Positions 10,211 to 22,084 are shown, counted from the first letter of the stretch. The stretch: 64,000 nucleotides of DNA from an uncultured Verrucomicrobiae bacterium (GCA_963772365.1 CAVYXA010000001.1:224001-288000), one strand, 5' to 3'. Notes: generated from the sequence alone by a model not told the origin. Numbers and translations: made by a program.

Positions 10211-11560
10211 ATGGAATTGCGAATCAAGCGGGCACCGCGCATCGACACCGAGATTACGGTTCCGGGCGATAAAAGCATTTCGCATCGCGCAGTGATCATC
10301 GCTGGTCTCTCGAATGGCATATGCAAACTGGAGGGCTTTCTTCCCAGTGAAGATTGCATGCGCACCGTCAATGCCATGCGTGCTCTCGGCATCCGGATCG
10401 AACAACCCGAGCCGGAGAAACTCATTGTTCATGGCAAGAGGCGCGTTCTCACCCCGCCCAAGGAGGAAATCGATTGCGGCAATTCCGGTACGACCATGCG
10501 CCTTCTCGCGGGTTTGCTGGCGGGACAGACCTTTGAAAGCAGGCTGGTGGGTGACGCTGCTTTATCGCGCCGGCCAATGGATCGAGTAATCGAGCCGCTT
10601 CTGAGAATGGGCGCCGAAATCGTGGCGGAAGGACCGCAGCAAACGGCTCCGCTTCGCATTCATGGCGGCTCGTTGAAGGGAATCCGTTACAAATCCCCGG
10701 TAGCGAGCGCCCAGGTTAAAGGGGCCGTGCTCTTAGCCGGGCTTTTTGCCAAAGGCAAAACCACCGTGGACGAGACCGAACCGAGCCGCAATCACACTGA
10801 GTTAATGTTCAACTACTTCCTGGTTCGGACGGTTAGAAACGAACACAGCGCAAGTGTTTTCGGCGATCAGGTGCCGGAGTCGCGTGATTTCAGTATTCCG
10901 GGCGATATCTCTTCGGCTGCATTTTGGCTGGTCGCAGCAGCAGCCCAACCCGGCGGCCATTTGCTGGTTCGTAATATCGGGTTGAATGACACGCGAACCG
11001 CGCTTCTGGGCGTGCTGGTTCGAATGGGTGCTCAGGTGCGTGAGGCCATTGAAGATGTCGATCAAATCGAGCCGCATGGCATTGTCGAAGTTACCGGTGC
11101 ACCACTGAAGGGGACAGTGATTCAAGGAAAAGAAATCCCGCAGCTTATCGACGAACTGCCGATACTTGCCGTAGCCGGTGCGCTCGCTACCGGGACAACG
11201 ATCATTCGTCAGGCGCAGGAACTTCGGGTTAAGGAAACCGATCGCCTGGCCGCCATCGCGCACAATCTGCGAATTATGGGTGCCCAGGTCATCGAGATGA
11301 ACGACGGCCTCGAAATTCATGGACCGGCGCCATTGCGCGGGGCCCGCGTTGCCAGTTTCGGTGATCATCGCATCGCCATGGCGTTTGCCATCGCCGGGCT
11401 CTTCGCGGACGGGGAAACGATCGTCCAGGATGCCGAGTGCATTCGAGAATCGTATCCTGGTTTTCAAGGTGCTCTGGAGGAATTCACGAACCCAAAACGC
11501 ATGCGCGGAAGCACGCCTGTCATCGGTTCACTCTCGTCCGCGCGACTCGACGGGGAATGA
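10211..11560 (+). CDS. aroA: 3-phosphoshikimate 1-carboxyvinyltransferase
   Basis: PGDKSISHR, DCGNSGTTMR, RVKETDR, DHRIAM. Confidence 0.97.
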   Translation: MELRIKRAPRIDTEITVPGDKSISHRAVIIAGLSNGICKLEGFLPSEDCMRTVNAMRALGIRIEQPEPEKLIVHGKRRVLTPPKEEIDCGNSGTTMRLLAGLLAGQTFESRLVGDAALSRRPMDRVIEPLLRMGAEIVAEGPQQTAPLRIHGGSLKGIRYKSPVASAQVKGAVLLAGLFAKGKTTVDETEPSRNHTELMFNYFLVRTVRNEHSASVFGDQVPESRDFSIPGDISSAAFWLVAAAAQPGGHLLVRNIGLNDTRTALLGVLVRMGAQVREAIEDVDQIEPHGIVEVTGAPLKGTVIQGKEIPQLIDELPILAVAGALATGTTIIRQAQELRVKETDRLAAIAHNLRIMGAQVIEMNDGLEIHGPAPLRGARVASFGDHRIAMAFAIAGLFADGETIVQDAECIRESYPGFQGALEEFTNPKRMRGSTPVIGSLSSARLDGE

Positions 11561-12228
11561 TTGCCGGGCCGGGCGTGAAACTGCATCGAGTCATTGCAAT
11601 CGACGGCCCGGCTGCTTCCGGAAAGAGCAGCGTGGCGCGAGAACTGGCGCGACGACTTGGTTTTGTTTACGTCAATTCCGGCGCGATGTATCGCGCGGCG
11701 AGCTGGCATATACTTCGCGCCAGTATTTCTCCAAAAGATTCGCCTGCGATTGCCGACGCCATCCAAAGGGCGTCGATCGTGTGCGATCTATGCGATAACC
11801 AATCGCGCATGTTAATCAACGATATCGATCCTGGCCCGCATTTGCGCGACGATTCAGTTAACAATGCGGTTTCTCAGGTCAGCACCGTGCCGGCTGTGCG
11901 AAAAATTCTCACAGAAAAAATGCGCGACTACGCGCACCAGCACGACTTGGTGGTGGAAGGTCGCGACATCGGTTCGGTCGTTTTTCCAGACACGCCTTAC
12001 AAATTCTACATCGACGCTTCGCCCGAAGTGCGTTCGCGCCGCCGCGCGGCCGAAGGACTGCTGGATGAAATTACTGCGCGCGACCGGGTCGATTCATCGC
12101 GAAGCGCCTCTCCTCTCATTATCTCCAATAACGCCCATGTCATCGATAGTTCCAATCTGACAATCGAGGGAGTTGTCGATGAAATTATCGACCAGTTGAA
12201 GTTAAGAGGACTGGAAGTTTCTCCCTAG
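11557..12228 (+). CDS. cmk: Cytidylate kinase
   Basis: IAIDGPAASGKSS, VVEGRDIG.VVFP; follows aroA with ATGA overlap. Confidence 0.95.
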   Translation: MIAGPGVKLHRVIAIDGPAASGKSSVARELARRLGFVYVNSGAMYRAASWHILRASISPKDSPAIADAIQRASIVCDLCDNQSRMLINDIDPGPHLRDDSVNNAVSQVSTVPAVRKILTEKMRDYAHQHDLVVEGRDIGSVVFPDTPYKFYIDASPEVRSRRRAAEGLLDEITARDRVDSSRSASPLIISNNAHVIDSSNLTIEGVVDEIIDQLKLRGLEVSP

Positions 12229-12232
12229 CCCG

Positions 12233-12320
12233 TTGTCATGTTGAGCGAAGCGAAACATCTCTCACTTCTCCTTATCTCCATCACAATGATCTGAGATTCT
12301 TCGCTTGCTCAGAATGACAA
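12233..12320. repeat. Palindromic REP-like element, family A (TGTCAT...ATGACA), copy 1
   Basis: TTGTCATGTTGAGCGAAGCGAAACATCTC ... GAGATTCTTCGCTTGCTCAGAATGACAA. Confidence 0.85.
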
Positions 12321-12355
12321 GAATACCGGTTGCGTTTCAACGTTGTAATGTCTGA

Positions 12356-12961
12356 ATGAATTTCTACTACTGGCTTGGCTACACACTTTCGAAAATTGTA
12401 GCCCAGGTCTTCTTCCATTATCGTGTTCTTCATCGGGAGCGAATGATTCAGGGGGGCCCAGTGATCCTGGCCATGAATCACCAAAGTTTTCTCGATCCCT
12501 CTTTCGCTGGAATTAATTGTGACCGGGCGATCTATTTTCTCGCCCGACGCAGTTTGCTCGATGTCCCGCTCCTCGGCTGGCTCTTGCCGAAGCTCAACGT
12601 GATTCCGGTCAATCAGGAAGCCATCGATCGCAGCGCCCTCAAAGCTTTGATTCGCGCCATCAAATCCGGGAACGGTGCCCTGGTTTTTCCGGAAGGTTCG
12701 CGCACGCCAGATGGAAATCTCCAACCGGCCTTGCCCGGAGTCGGCTTGATTATCGCCAAGACGGGCGCCCCGGTTGTTCCCATGCGAATCTTCGGCGCAT
12801 TCGATGCCTGGCCAATCGGCGGAAAGCTTCGGTTATGGCGAAGAATCACGATCGTAATTGGTGAACCGATCTTGTTTTCCTCAGCCGAGCTTGCGGCGGG
12901 AGATTACGCTCAATTGAGTCAGCGAGTCATGGACAAAATCGCCGAACTTCGATTGGAATGA
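12356..12961 (+). CDS. plsC: 1-acyl-sn-glycerol-3-phosphate acyltransferase
   Basis: NHQSFLD and FPEGSR motifs. Confidence 0.92.
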   Translation: MNFYYWLGYTLSKIVAQVFFHYRVLHRERMIQGGPVILAMNHQSFLDPSFAGINCDRAIYFLARRSLLDVPLLGWLLPKLNVIPVNQEAIDRSALKALIRAIKSGNGALVFPEGSRTPDGNLQPALPGVGLIIAKTGAPVVPMRIFGAFDAWPIGGKLRLWRRITIVIGEPILFSSAELAAGDYAQLSQRVMDKIAELRLE

Positions 12962-13011
12962 CTGGCGATCGCGAACATCGACAATCGCAAGATCGACATC
13001 TATCCTGAAAT

Positions 13012-13203
13012 GTGAACCCACCCGCGCCGAAGCTAGTCGAGAGATCACCGGCCATTTCAAAATCTGCTCGGGTAATCATGGCCACGATCGTAATCCTGCT
13101 GGCCTTGGTCGCTGTTTTTGCCAATGTGCAACGATTGCGTCGCGACAAAATCGAGAAGGTGATCGTTACCCCTGCCGCTTCACCGTCTCCGCACACGCCG
13201 TGA
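13012..13203 (+). CDS. Small single-TM hypothetical protein
   Basis: 63 aa with a clear TM helix; fills the intergenic gap. Confidence 0.55.
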   Translation: MNPPAPKLVERSPAISKSARVIMATIVILLALVAVFANVQRLRRDKIEKVIVTPAASPSPHTP

Positions 13204-13252
13204 CGTATTCGGCAAATCGAATAACCAATAGGAATCAAAGTCTAAGTTTGTC

Positions 13253-14887
13253 ATGAAAAGAAGTTTTACTCTGCTGATCGTTCTCGCTTTGGCGTCATTC
13301 TGCTCCTGTCAAAAGCAGCAAACAGAAAAGGAACGCAACGCGGAGGTCGATCATCGGGTTGAGCAACGGTTGGCTGAGGAGCATCAGGCCCAGCAACAGC
13401 AGGAGATCGAGAAGCGGCAAAGTGAGTTGGATGCGCGCGAGAAAGCATTGGCCGAAAAAGAGAATGCACCGGAAGAGCAATCACCCGAGCCATCGGCAGA
13501 ATCATCGCAGGTTCGGCAACCCGCATTTCCCCAAAGCAACGCTCCCACGGAATCCTATTCCACGTTTTATACCAGACTCGATCCTTACGGTTCGTGGCTC
13601 GAAACAGACAAATACGGTTATGTCTGGCAACCTTATGAAGCCGAGCGGTCGGGAAATTGGCGTCCTTACACGAACGGCCATTGGGTTTACACGGACGCAG
13701 GATGGATGTGGATCTCGGAGGAGCCGTTCGGCTGGGCGGCATATCATTACGGGCGCTGGACCCGTTTACGGACCATCGGGTGGGTCTGGGTTCCGGGCGA
13801 TCAATGGGCGCCGGCGTGGGTTTCCTGGCGTAAAGGGAATGATTACGTCGGCTGGGCGCCGCTTCCACCGGAAGCTCGCTTTGATAGGAGCTCCGGCATT
13901 CACAATTGGGCAGACAACTATTACGACATCGGGCCCGACCAGTATTGTTTCGTGCCGACACGGGAATTCGGCGCACAACGAGTCGCTCCAGTCGTCGTTT
14001 CGCGGGAGCGTAACGTGAATATTGTCAATCAGACCACGAATGTTACGAACATCACTTACAAGAACACCATGGTCGTTAACATGGGTCCGGATTATGATGA
14101 GTTGCGCGCGCGCAGCCAGCCACGAATCGAACGGCTGCGCATCCAACGCGAGACCCGGGCGGGCATTGAAGCGGAACAGCCGCACGCGGTCGTAAAAGGT
14201 GAAGTCGTCACGGTGCCGGCGCCCATGATTGGGAATCCCCGGCCAGCGGACCGCCCCAAGCGCATCAAGAAAAAAGTTACTCAGGTAAATGTCGATCGCG
14301 GATGGGAAGGTATTGGCGATTCAAAAGCAGCAGAACAAGCGCGAGCAAAGATCAAGTCGGAGTCCACGCCACCGTCAAATGCGCCTCCCAAAAAATTTAC
14401 CAAACCACTGCAGGCAACAGCGCCTGCTTCGTCGGCACCATCGACAACTGCACATCGCAGCACTCCGGTTCAACGAAAACAGCCGCCGGTCAAAGCAACC
14501 CCACGGCAGTTACGAACAATTACTCCGACGGCAACGCAGCAGCCGCAGCAATCAGCGACACCGGTTCCTAGTCGGACGCTCCATAGGCCGCGGCAGGTGC
14601 CGCCAGGCAGTTCTGTTCCATCGCCATCACCGCGCTTTAGGGAAAGGAAAGTCGAGAACCCACCAGCGGTAAGTCCGAGTGGAACCCCTTCGAGCACACC
14701 GGCGCAAAAGGAAACTCCTTCGACGACAGCGACGATGTCGCCTCAAACTATGCCTGCGGTCACGCCAATAGAACCGCCCGGAGGTCGCAAAATGAAAGAA
14801 ATCAAGAACGGCAGGAAACAGGAAAAGAAAGAGCGCGACTCGCGACGCAATGAAAAGCGCGCCGCTACTCCGACGCCGTCTCCGTAG
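13253..14887 (+). CDS. Lipoprotein with Trp/Tyr-rich (DUF6600-like) domain and Pro-rich tail
   Basis: Lipobox; L.PYG.W...YG.VW.P...WRPY..G.W...GW.W.S.EPFGWA.YHYGRW. Confidence 0.8.
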   Translation: MKRSFTLLIVLALASFCSCQKQQTEKERNAEVDHRVEQRLAEEHQAQQQQEIEKRQSELDAREKALAEKENAPEEQSPEPSAESSQVRQPAFPQSNAPTESYSTFYTRLDPYGSWLETDKYGYVWQPYEAERSGNWRPYTNGHWVYTDAGWMWISEEPFGWAAYHYGRWTRLRTIGWVWVPGDQWAPAWVSWRKGNDYVGWAPLPPEARFDRSSGIHNWADNYYDIGPDQYCFVPTREFGAQRVAPVVVSRERNVNIVNQTTNVTNITYKNTMVVNMGPDYDELRARSQPRIERLRIQRETRAGIEAEQPHAVVKGEVVTVPAPMIGNPRPADRPKRIKKKVTQVNVDRGWEGIGDSKAAEQARAKIKSESTPPSNAPPKKFTKPLQATAPASSAPSTTAHRSTPVQRKQPPVKATPRQLRTITPTATQQPQQSATPVPSRTLHRPRQVPPGSSVPSPSPRFRERKVENPPAVSPSGTPSSTPAQKETPSTTATMSPQTMPAVTPIEPPGGRKMKEIKNGRKQEKKERDSRRNEKRAATPTPSP

Positions 14888-17569
14888 GAGGCCGCTGTTC
14901 CTGTGAAAGCTTTCGCGCGTAGTCGAGTGTATCGATTGCGTCCACATTCTTATCGCGCCGGATTGCTTTGATCCGAGGAAACCGCAGGGCTAGCCCGCTC
15001 GCATGACGCGAGCTCGGTTGAATGCTGTCAAAGGCTACCTCCAGTATAATATCCGGTTTCACTTCCCGATAACGACCACGATCGACAAGCGTGTTTTGTT
15101 TAAAATGCTCGGTGAGTTCCGCGATTTCTGCGTCGGTCAATCCGCTATAAGCCTTGCCGATCGGCAGCAGCGCGCCGGTCGTTTCATCTCGCACGGCAAA
15201 CGTGTAATCGCTCAGCACATTGTTCCGTTTGCCATGACCAAGCTCCGCCACCACCACTACGACGTCGAGCGTCGCCAGCTCTTTCTTGAGCTTGAACCAC
15301 GACATGCCACGCCGGCCGGGTAAATAAAAGCTTTCCGGGTCTTTGATCATTAGACCTTCGTTCAAACGGCGCCGAGCCGCCTGAAATATTTGCTCGATCT
15401 CGGCAGCCGAGTGCGCTGGGAAAACTTCTGCGATTTGAAATTGTGCAGGTAATTGCACGGCGCGGAGCAACTCACGCCGTTGTCGCAATGGCATCTTCAG
15501 TAATGACCGGCCATTTAGCCAGAGAAGATCGAATGCGATAAAGGCAACCGGCACATCAGCTGAAGCTGCCGCGAAAAGATCTTCTCCTTCGCTTTTCCGC
15601 CCGAGACGTTTTTGCAAGTCGAAGAACGTAAGCTTTCGGTTTTGTTCAAACGCGACGATTTCACCATCGAGAATTAGATCGACATCGAACGATCGTGCTC
15701 GGCTGGCCAATTCGGGGAATTGATCGGTGATGCGCCGCAAATCGCGCGAAAAAATCTCCGCCCGCTCGGGATTGTGATGAAGCTGGGCACGAATGCCATC
15801 GAACTTGTCTTCAGCGTAGACGATCGATCTATCGGCGAACCGTTCCCAAATCGCTTCGGCGGTCGGTTCCGGACTGGCCAGCATCGACTTGATCGGGCGA
15901 AAGATCGACAATTCCGCGCGGTCTAATTCGTTTCGCGAAGCGAGCGATGCAGTCGCGCCGATGTCTCCCAGAAGCATGTTTGCTTGCTTAACATCATCGA
16001 CTGAGAGCTTGAATGCGTTCGCGATAGCTTCCTCGACCAGACCTTCGCGTAATCCGATTCGCAAGTCGCCGGTCAAAATCTTTACAAGGTATTGACCTTC
16101 TCGCGCGGATAAGATCGACAATTGCTTTTGTAGCAATTCTTTCTTCGCAATCGGACCTCGGGCGTTTTGTAATGAATCGAAGAACTGGCGCGATTGCGCC
16201 AGCGCGAACGGTTTGGGATCTGTGCGGCCATCCAGAGCTTCGAACGCCGTCTTGCCGGCGTCACCGTGGCGATGGGCGATTCGGCGAAACTCCGCATCGC
16301 TCAATTTCCCTGCGGCCATGATCGCGCGGTAAATGATCGATCCACCCACTTGTAATGTTCGCAGATCGCTCTGAGCAAACGCGCGTCCGGTGAAATAGGT
16401 CGCCGCAATCGGAAGCTGCTCCGCATTAAGCGTCCGGAAGTAATCCGAGAGGTACAGATTTTTTCGAGTTTCGCCGCCGTTTGCCCAATGGCTTCGCCCA
16501 CTTCTGCGAACGCGCGGAACTCCGATGGTAGGGCGGTCTCGCCGAGACCGCTGATGTCGGACACACGCTGCGGCGCGCCTGGCGGTCGCACCCTGCCTAG
16601 ACCCAGCTCCATCTGATTTTCCGCGCTCAATGCCCAGGCCTCGATTCCGCGCTCGCGCAAATCACGAGCAAACTCCGCGGCAAACCCATGCAACGTAAGT
16701 ACACGCTTTGGTTGGACCAGATCGACATAGCGTAGCAGATCGACATAATCGGCATGATCAGACAGCGGAAATGCGGCGTCGACCTGATATCGGTATATCG
16801 CATTCGGATCGACAGCCCAGCCGCTAATCACTGCAACGCGCTTGGCCGGGATTTTTTCCAGCATGCGCGAGCCGTTGGCACTTGGCGGACAAATCAAAAC
16901 TTTCCCGGCTACATCGTTAGGCTTGTAGCGCACGTATTTGCAAAATGATTGGCCGAACTCCTCGTAAATTCGCGTCATTTCGTAGACGGACCCATGGAGC
17001 ATGGGCACCAGATCTGCCCCTTCGAGCGCGCACAGAATTTCCTGAGCTTTCCCCAGCGAATAGCCGAGAAGCACCGGCACACCCCCGTCGTCGATGGTCT
17101 CGCGGCAAAAGGCGACCATTTGTTCAATCACCTGCTCGCTTGGCGGAAATTCATACCGAGGTCGACCAAAAGTTGTTTCCATGATTAACGTCTCGGCTTG
17201 CCGCCACTCCGCCGGTTCCGCGGATTTGCCTCGGCGCAATTTGAAATCGCCGGTGTAGAGAAGCGTTCCTTTTTCAGACGAAAGGAAGATTTGCGCCGAA
17301 CCAAAAATGTGACCAGCCGGAAGCAGCATGACATCGATATCGTTCACACGCCGGTTTTCCGAAAACGGCAGCACGTGTTCGATCCGCGCGCCGGGAAGAC
17401 GTGCCTGCATCAACCGGGCAGTTCGTTGCGAAACAATAATCTCGGTGTGCGGCGCGATGTGATCGTTGTGAGCGTGTGAAACGAACGCAAACCGCTTCGG
17501 ATCCCACGGGTCAAGCCACAGATCCTGCGCCGGTAAATAAACACCGCGCTCGTAACAAACATCGATCAC
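14865..17569 (-). CDS. MBL-fold nuclease fused to ATP-dependent DNA ligase (frameshift near 16455)
   Basis: N-terminal SHAHNDH, PAGHIFGS, YTGDF, METTFG, LSDHAD; C-terminal EDKFDGIR, EGLMIK, LRFPR; ligase DNA-binding domain continues across the frameshift (LSDYFRTL...YFTGRAF). Confidence 0.85.
16527..16597. repeat. GTAG-type REP-like doublet within the nuclease-ligase linker
   Basis: GGTAGGGCGGTCTCGCCGAGACCGC ... GCGCGCCTGGCGGTCGCACCCTGCC. Confidence 0.7.
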
Positions 17570-17640
17570 ACCAGAAATTTACCTCGTAACGGGCGGCTCG
17601 CCATTGACACGGCCCGGCCAAGACCTTTTGATTGTTGACC

Positions 17641-18222
17641 GTGAAAAGTTTCGTCGCCGTGGTCGGACTTTCGATCTTAGCCAGCAATCTGGCGGGCGCA
17701 GCCGAACAGCCGCGACTGCTGACTAAGGTCACGCCGCTTCCTGTTGCCTTGGACAAGAACTTCGAATTTCGGAAAACAAAGCTTTATTTTTTGAGTCCGA
17801 AAGCTGAGCGCATCCGCAGCCACTATAATCCCTCGGAGCAGGGACAGGTCGGAGGCGTAACGCCATTTTCGAAGTCAGCCACGGTTCAAGACGCTTCCAT
17901 CACGTTCGAGCGGCAATATCGGCTGTTTGGAGCGGTGACGGAGCTGGATAAAAATCAGCGCTGGGGAAATTACTTCGATTTCTACTGGCGTTGCAAAAAG
18001 CCGGCGGATGTGACTGTGCGGCTCGAGTATCGCCAGGAAAAATTGCATGCGCACGTTCAGGCGCAGGAAATTTCCTATTCAAACGTCCGGGGCACGCACA
18101 AAACCGAGTTCAAAGTCATCGGAGATGATTTTTTGGATGACGGAAGAGTGATCGCGTGGCGTTGTCTGCTTATCGCAAACGGAACGATCGTAGCCGAGAA
18201 TCGTTCGTTCCTGTGGGAATAG
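17641..18222 (+). CDS. Exported hypothetical protein
   Basis: Signal peptide, long ORF ending RSFLWE. Confidence 0.75.
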   Translation: MKSFVAVVGLSILASNLAGAAEQPRLLTKVTPLPVALDKNFEFRKTKLYFLSPKAERIRSHYNPSEQGQVGGVTPFSKSATVQDASITFERQYRLFGAVTELDKNQRWGNYFDFYWRCKKPADVTVRLEYRQEKLHAHVQAQEISYSNVRGTHKTEFKVIGDDFLDDGRVIAWRCLLIANGTIVAENRSFLWE

Positions 18223-18283
18223 TTGCCGGACGGTTGGTTTGACAGTGCGGCTGTCGATCTAGTATCTTTCAAATCGAACAACC

Positions 18284-18800
18284 GTGGAATCATCGATCCA
18301 AGTAGGGGTGAACGGTCCGGCCGTTTGGGTGAAAGTGGAGGGCAAAGGAAGCTTCCTCAATAGCGGGAACTTCAAAGAATTCGCCCGGGAGATGGTGGAT
18401 CGCGGTTTTCGAGAATTCGTGGTGGACCTGGCAAAATGCGTGATGATGGACTCCACCTTCATGGGCACTCTGGCCGGGGTTGCGTTGCGTCTAAAAGAGC
18501 TGGGTCGCGGGCATCTTTATGTGGTTCATTGCGGCGAAAGGAGCCGGGAGCTTCTTTCCGGTCTCGGGCTCGATCAGCTTTTCACTATCCGCAGCAATGG
18601 CGAGATTGCGCCCGAATGTAAATCGCTCGAGCGAAAAGCGACTCCTGAATCGGCCGATGAAAAGAAACAGGATCAGGCGCGCACAATGCTGGAAGCGCAC
18701 GAAGCGCTTTGTGAGGCTGTCGCCGGAAAATATAACCCGCTTCAAAGACGTTCTCGATTACCTGAAAGAAGACCTTCATCACGAGACGGCATCAAGGTAA
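18284..18800 (+). CDS. STAS-domain anti-sigma-factor antagonist (frameshift near 18725)
   Basis: VDL..C..MDSTFMG; C-terminus EN..RFKDVLDYLKEDL in another frame. Confidence 0.85.
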
Positions 18801-18815
18801 GCTGACCGGTCCATC

Positions 18816-20261
18816 ATGTGGCCGATTCTTCTTTTCGGGCTTCTCATTGCCTCGCTTGCCGGTTGGATTTACACGGCCATCCGTCAATAGCATCGCATCC
18901 GGATGCTGGAACGATCCAATGAAGAGATCCAGGTGGAGGAGACGCTGGTGTTCGATTTTCTGCACGGCTTGGGTGAAGCATTCACCGAAACGATCCGGCC
19001 CCGTGATCTGCACCGGCTCATTGTGGAGGGAGCTACGCGGATTCTCGATGCTCACGGCGCCGCGCTTTACATGGTGGACCGGACAGGCCAAAAACGTTTG
19101 CTTCGGTCTACACTTCCAAAGGCTGCCCGGCACTTATCGATGTTCCTCCGGAAATTTTGCGACAGGCGGCAATCACGCCGGCGGCCTTGGAGAGTTATCT
19201 TCGACTGCGATCGATCGCGGCGGGACGAGGGAATCATCGGACGGGTCTGGCAGAGCGGGCAATCGATCGTGTTGAATGAGTTCTCTCAAGCGCCCGAATT
19301 GGCCAGGCTGCGGGACAGTTCGTTTGGTCCTTCGTCGGCCTTGGTTGCTCCGTTGCTGTATGGCAAACAGAACATGGGCGTTTTGGCAGTCGCGAACGGT
19401 CCGAAAGGCGTCCCATTTTCTCAGGGCGATTTTGTCGTGTTCAAATCAATTGCCGAACAATCCGCTTTCGCTCTTTACAACGCCATCATCTATTCGGAGG
19501 CGAACGAAAAGAAACGCCTCGATCATGATCTCGAGATCGCCCGCGATATTCAGCGTGTTCTCCTGCCAGCAGAACCGCCTGCGGTGAACGGTTTCCAAAT
19601 CAGCGCCTTAAATATTCCCGCCGGGCAGGTGAGTGGAGATTACTTCGATTATATCCAGGTCGATGATGAGCGACTTGGGGTGGCGATTGCCGACGTCTCG
19701 GGCAAAGGCGTCCCCGCCTCGCTCATCATGGCGATTTGCCGCAGCGTATTGCGCAGTGAAGCGACCAGAAATCCGTCACCGGCAGACGTTTTGCAAAGGG
19801 TCAACCGGCAGCTCTATCCCGATATCAAAGAGGACATGTTCATCAGCATGGCATATCTGGTCCTCGATCACGCCCGCAGCAGCGTTACCCTTGCCCGGGC
19901 TGGACACGATGCTCCTTTGCTTTTCAAGCAAGCTTCGCAAATCGTGGAGAAAATCAAGCCGCCCGGAATGGTGGTGGGCATTGACAGCGGTAGCGTCTTC
20001 GATAGGATCACGAACGATTTTAATGTCCCGATCGAGCGCGGGGATTGTCTGCTTCTTTACACAGACGGGGTAACCGAAGCACTCGATTCGGTAGGAGACG
20101 AATTCGGCCCCGAACGCATGATTGAATCGGTCCGTGCCAGCGCCGCCAATGGAGACGACGCCAAGCAGATCATTCGCCGGGTGATTGATGACGTGCGAAA
20201 CTTTGCCGGCTCGGCTCCGCAAAATGATGACATCACCCTCATCGCCATTCGCAAAACATGA
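18816..20261 (+). CDS. GAF + PP2C (SpoIIE/RsbU-like) phosphatase with N-terminal TM (in-frame TAG at 18888; probable compensating frameshifts ~19095-19225)
   Basis: SGDYFD, ADVSGKG, YTDG, DDIT; upstream in-frame MWPILLFGLLIASLAGW. Confidence 0.85.
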
Positions 20262-20862
20262 AAAAGATTCCCGTATCTGAGTCTCACGAACAAAAAATAG
20301 GATCGACATCGAAAACAGCGGACTCCCGTTGTCGATCCTGCCGTGGCCGATCAATCCGAAACGGACGATCCAATCGCTACTTTGCAGGCGGATCTCGATC
20401 GGTTCCGCGACCTGGCAATGCGCAGTCAGGCGGACTTCGAAAATTACAAGAAGCGGGCGAACCGGGAAAAGGAAGAAGCAATCAAGTATGCAAACAGATC
20501 TTTGCTCGAACGGCTTGTCACGATTGTCGATAATTTCGAGCTCGGCCTTTCAGCGGCGCGAGCGGAGGCCGAAGCATTCGCCGATCTATTCCGGAATGAC
20601 GCTGGTCTTGAAACAATTGAACGATTTTCTCGCAGAGAATGGTCTTCAACGCATCGAAGCTGAAGGCCAGAAATTCGATCCGAACCTACACGAGGCGATT
20701 GGGCATGAACCGAGCGAGGAAGTGCCGGAAGGAAGCGTGGTTCGACAAACCCGGCGCGGTTATCGGCTCAAAGATCGTCTCTTGCGCCCCTCCAGCGTAG
20801 TAGTTTCAAGCGAGCCCACCGAAGTAAGACGGGCAGGCCGTTTGCTTGTTCCAGATGGCTAA
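20258..20862 (+). CDS. grpE: Nucleotide exchange factor GrpE (frameshifted)
   Basis: R.QADFENYKKR, VDNFE, FDPNLHEAI, GY.L.DRLLRP spread over frames. Confidence 0.9.
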
Positions 20863-20894
20863 TTCGGCATATAGGTCACACATCAGTCATTCAT

Positions 20895-22035
20895 ATGGAC
20901 AACGACGAAACGCGATTACTACGAGGTTCTGGCAGTCGAGCGCAACGCCAGCAGCGAAGAGATCAAGCGCTCCTACCGTAAATTCGCCGTCAAATATCAT
21001 CCCGACAAAAATCCCGACGATCGCGAAGCCGAGGAGAAATTTAAGGAGCTCGGCGAGGCTTATGATGTGTTCATGGATGCAGACAAACGCGCGGCATACG
21101 ACCGCTTTGGCCATGCCGCTTTCGCGCAAGGCGGCGGATTCGGGCGAGGGTTTCATGACCCATTCGATATTTTTCGTGAAGTGTTTGGCGGCGGAATGGG
21201 TGGAATTGGTGGAGGAATTTTCGAGACGTTTTTCGGCGGCGGCGACCCAAGCGGAGGATCGACAACGGGGTTCGGATTTGCGATACGACATGCAAATCAG
21301 CTTGGAGGAAGCTGCTTTTGGCGCCGAAAAAGAGATCGAGATTCGCAAGCTCGACGCCTGTGAAAAATGCGACGGAAGCGGTGCTGAGCCTGGCTCGCGC
21401 ACGATCAGTTGCCCGACTTGCGGCGGGCGTGGGCAGGTGATCAGCTCGCGTGGATTTTTTCAGATCTCGCAAACTTGTCCTCGTTGCCGTGGAGCTGGAC
21501 GGATTATTGAAAAGCCGTGCCGGAAATGTCATGGCGAAGGTCGGATCGAAAGAACGAGCCGCATTAAGCTGAAAATTCCTGCCGGCATTTCTGAAGGCTC
21601 CCGTTTGCGTTCGTCGCGCAATGGAGAAGCCGGGATTCGCGGTGGTCCTCATGGCGATTTGTACGTGGTGATCCATATCAAGGAGCACAAGGTTTTCCAG
21701 CGCGATGAGGACAATCTCTATTGCGAGGTGCCGATTCCGTTTGCCATCGCCGCGCTTGGCGGCGAAATCGAAGTGCCGACGCTGCACGGCAAAGCCAATT
21801 TGAAAGTGCCCGCAGGCACGCAGAGCGGCCAGATATTCAAATTCGCGGGAAAGGAATCGTCCATGTCAATGGTCGCGAGCACGGCGATTTGCTCGCTCGT
21901 CTGCTTGTGGAAGTTCCGACGCGACTCAATTCCGAGCAGCGATCAAAATTGGAGGAGTTTGCCGGTCTTTGTGGCGACGATAATACTCCGATGCGCAAAA
22001 GTTTCTTCGAACGAGCGAAAGAGTTCTTTCGATAA
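20895..22035 (+). CDS. dnaJ: Chaperone DnaJ (frameshifted)
   Basis: RDYYEVL, YHPDKN, G/F-rich region, four CxxCxGxG repeats. Confidence 0.93.
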
Positions 22036-22084
22036 CGAAAATTTCTTCCAGCGCATTACGCCTGCGTCATCCGAAATTGATTGT

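Noticed and set aside
18888..18890. In-frame TAG in the GAF-PP2C gene as pyrrolysine or stop recoding
   Set aside because: Non-catalytic position in an error-rich region; TAG is a normal stop elsewhere in the window; most simply CAG>TAG error or mutation
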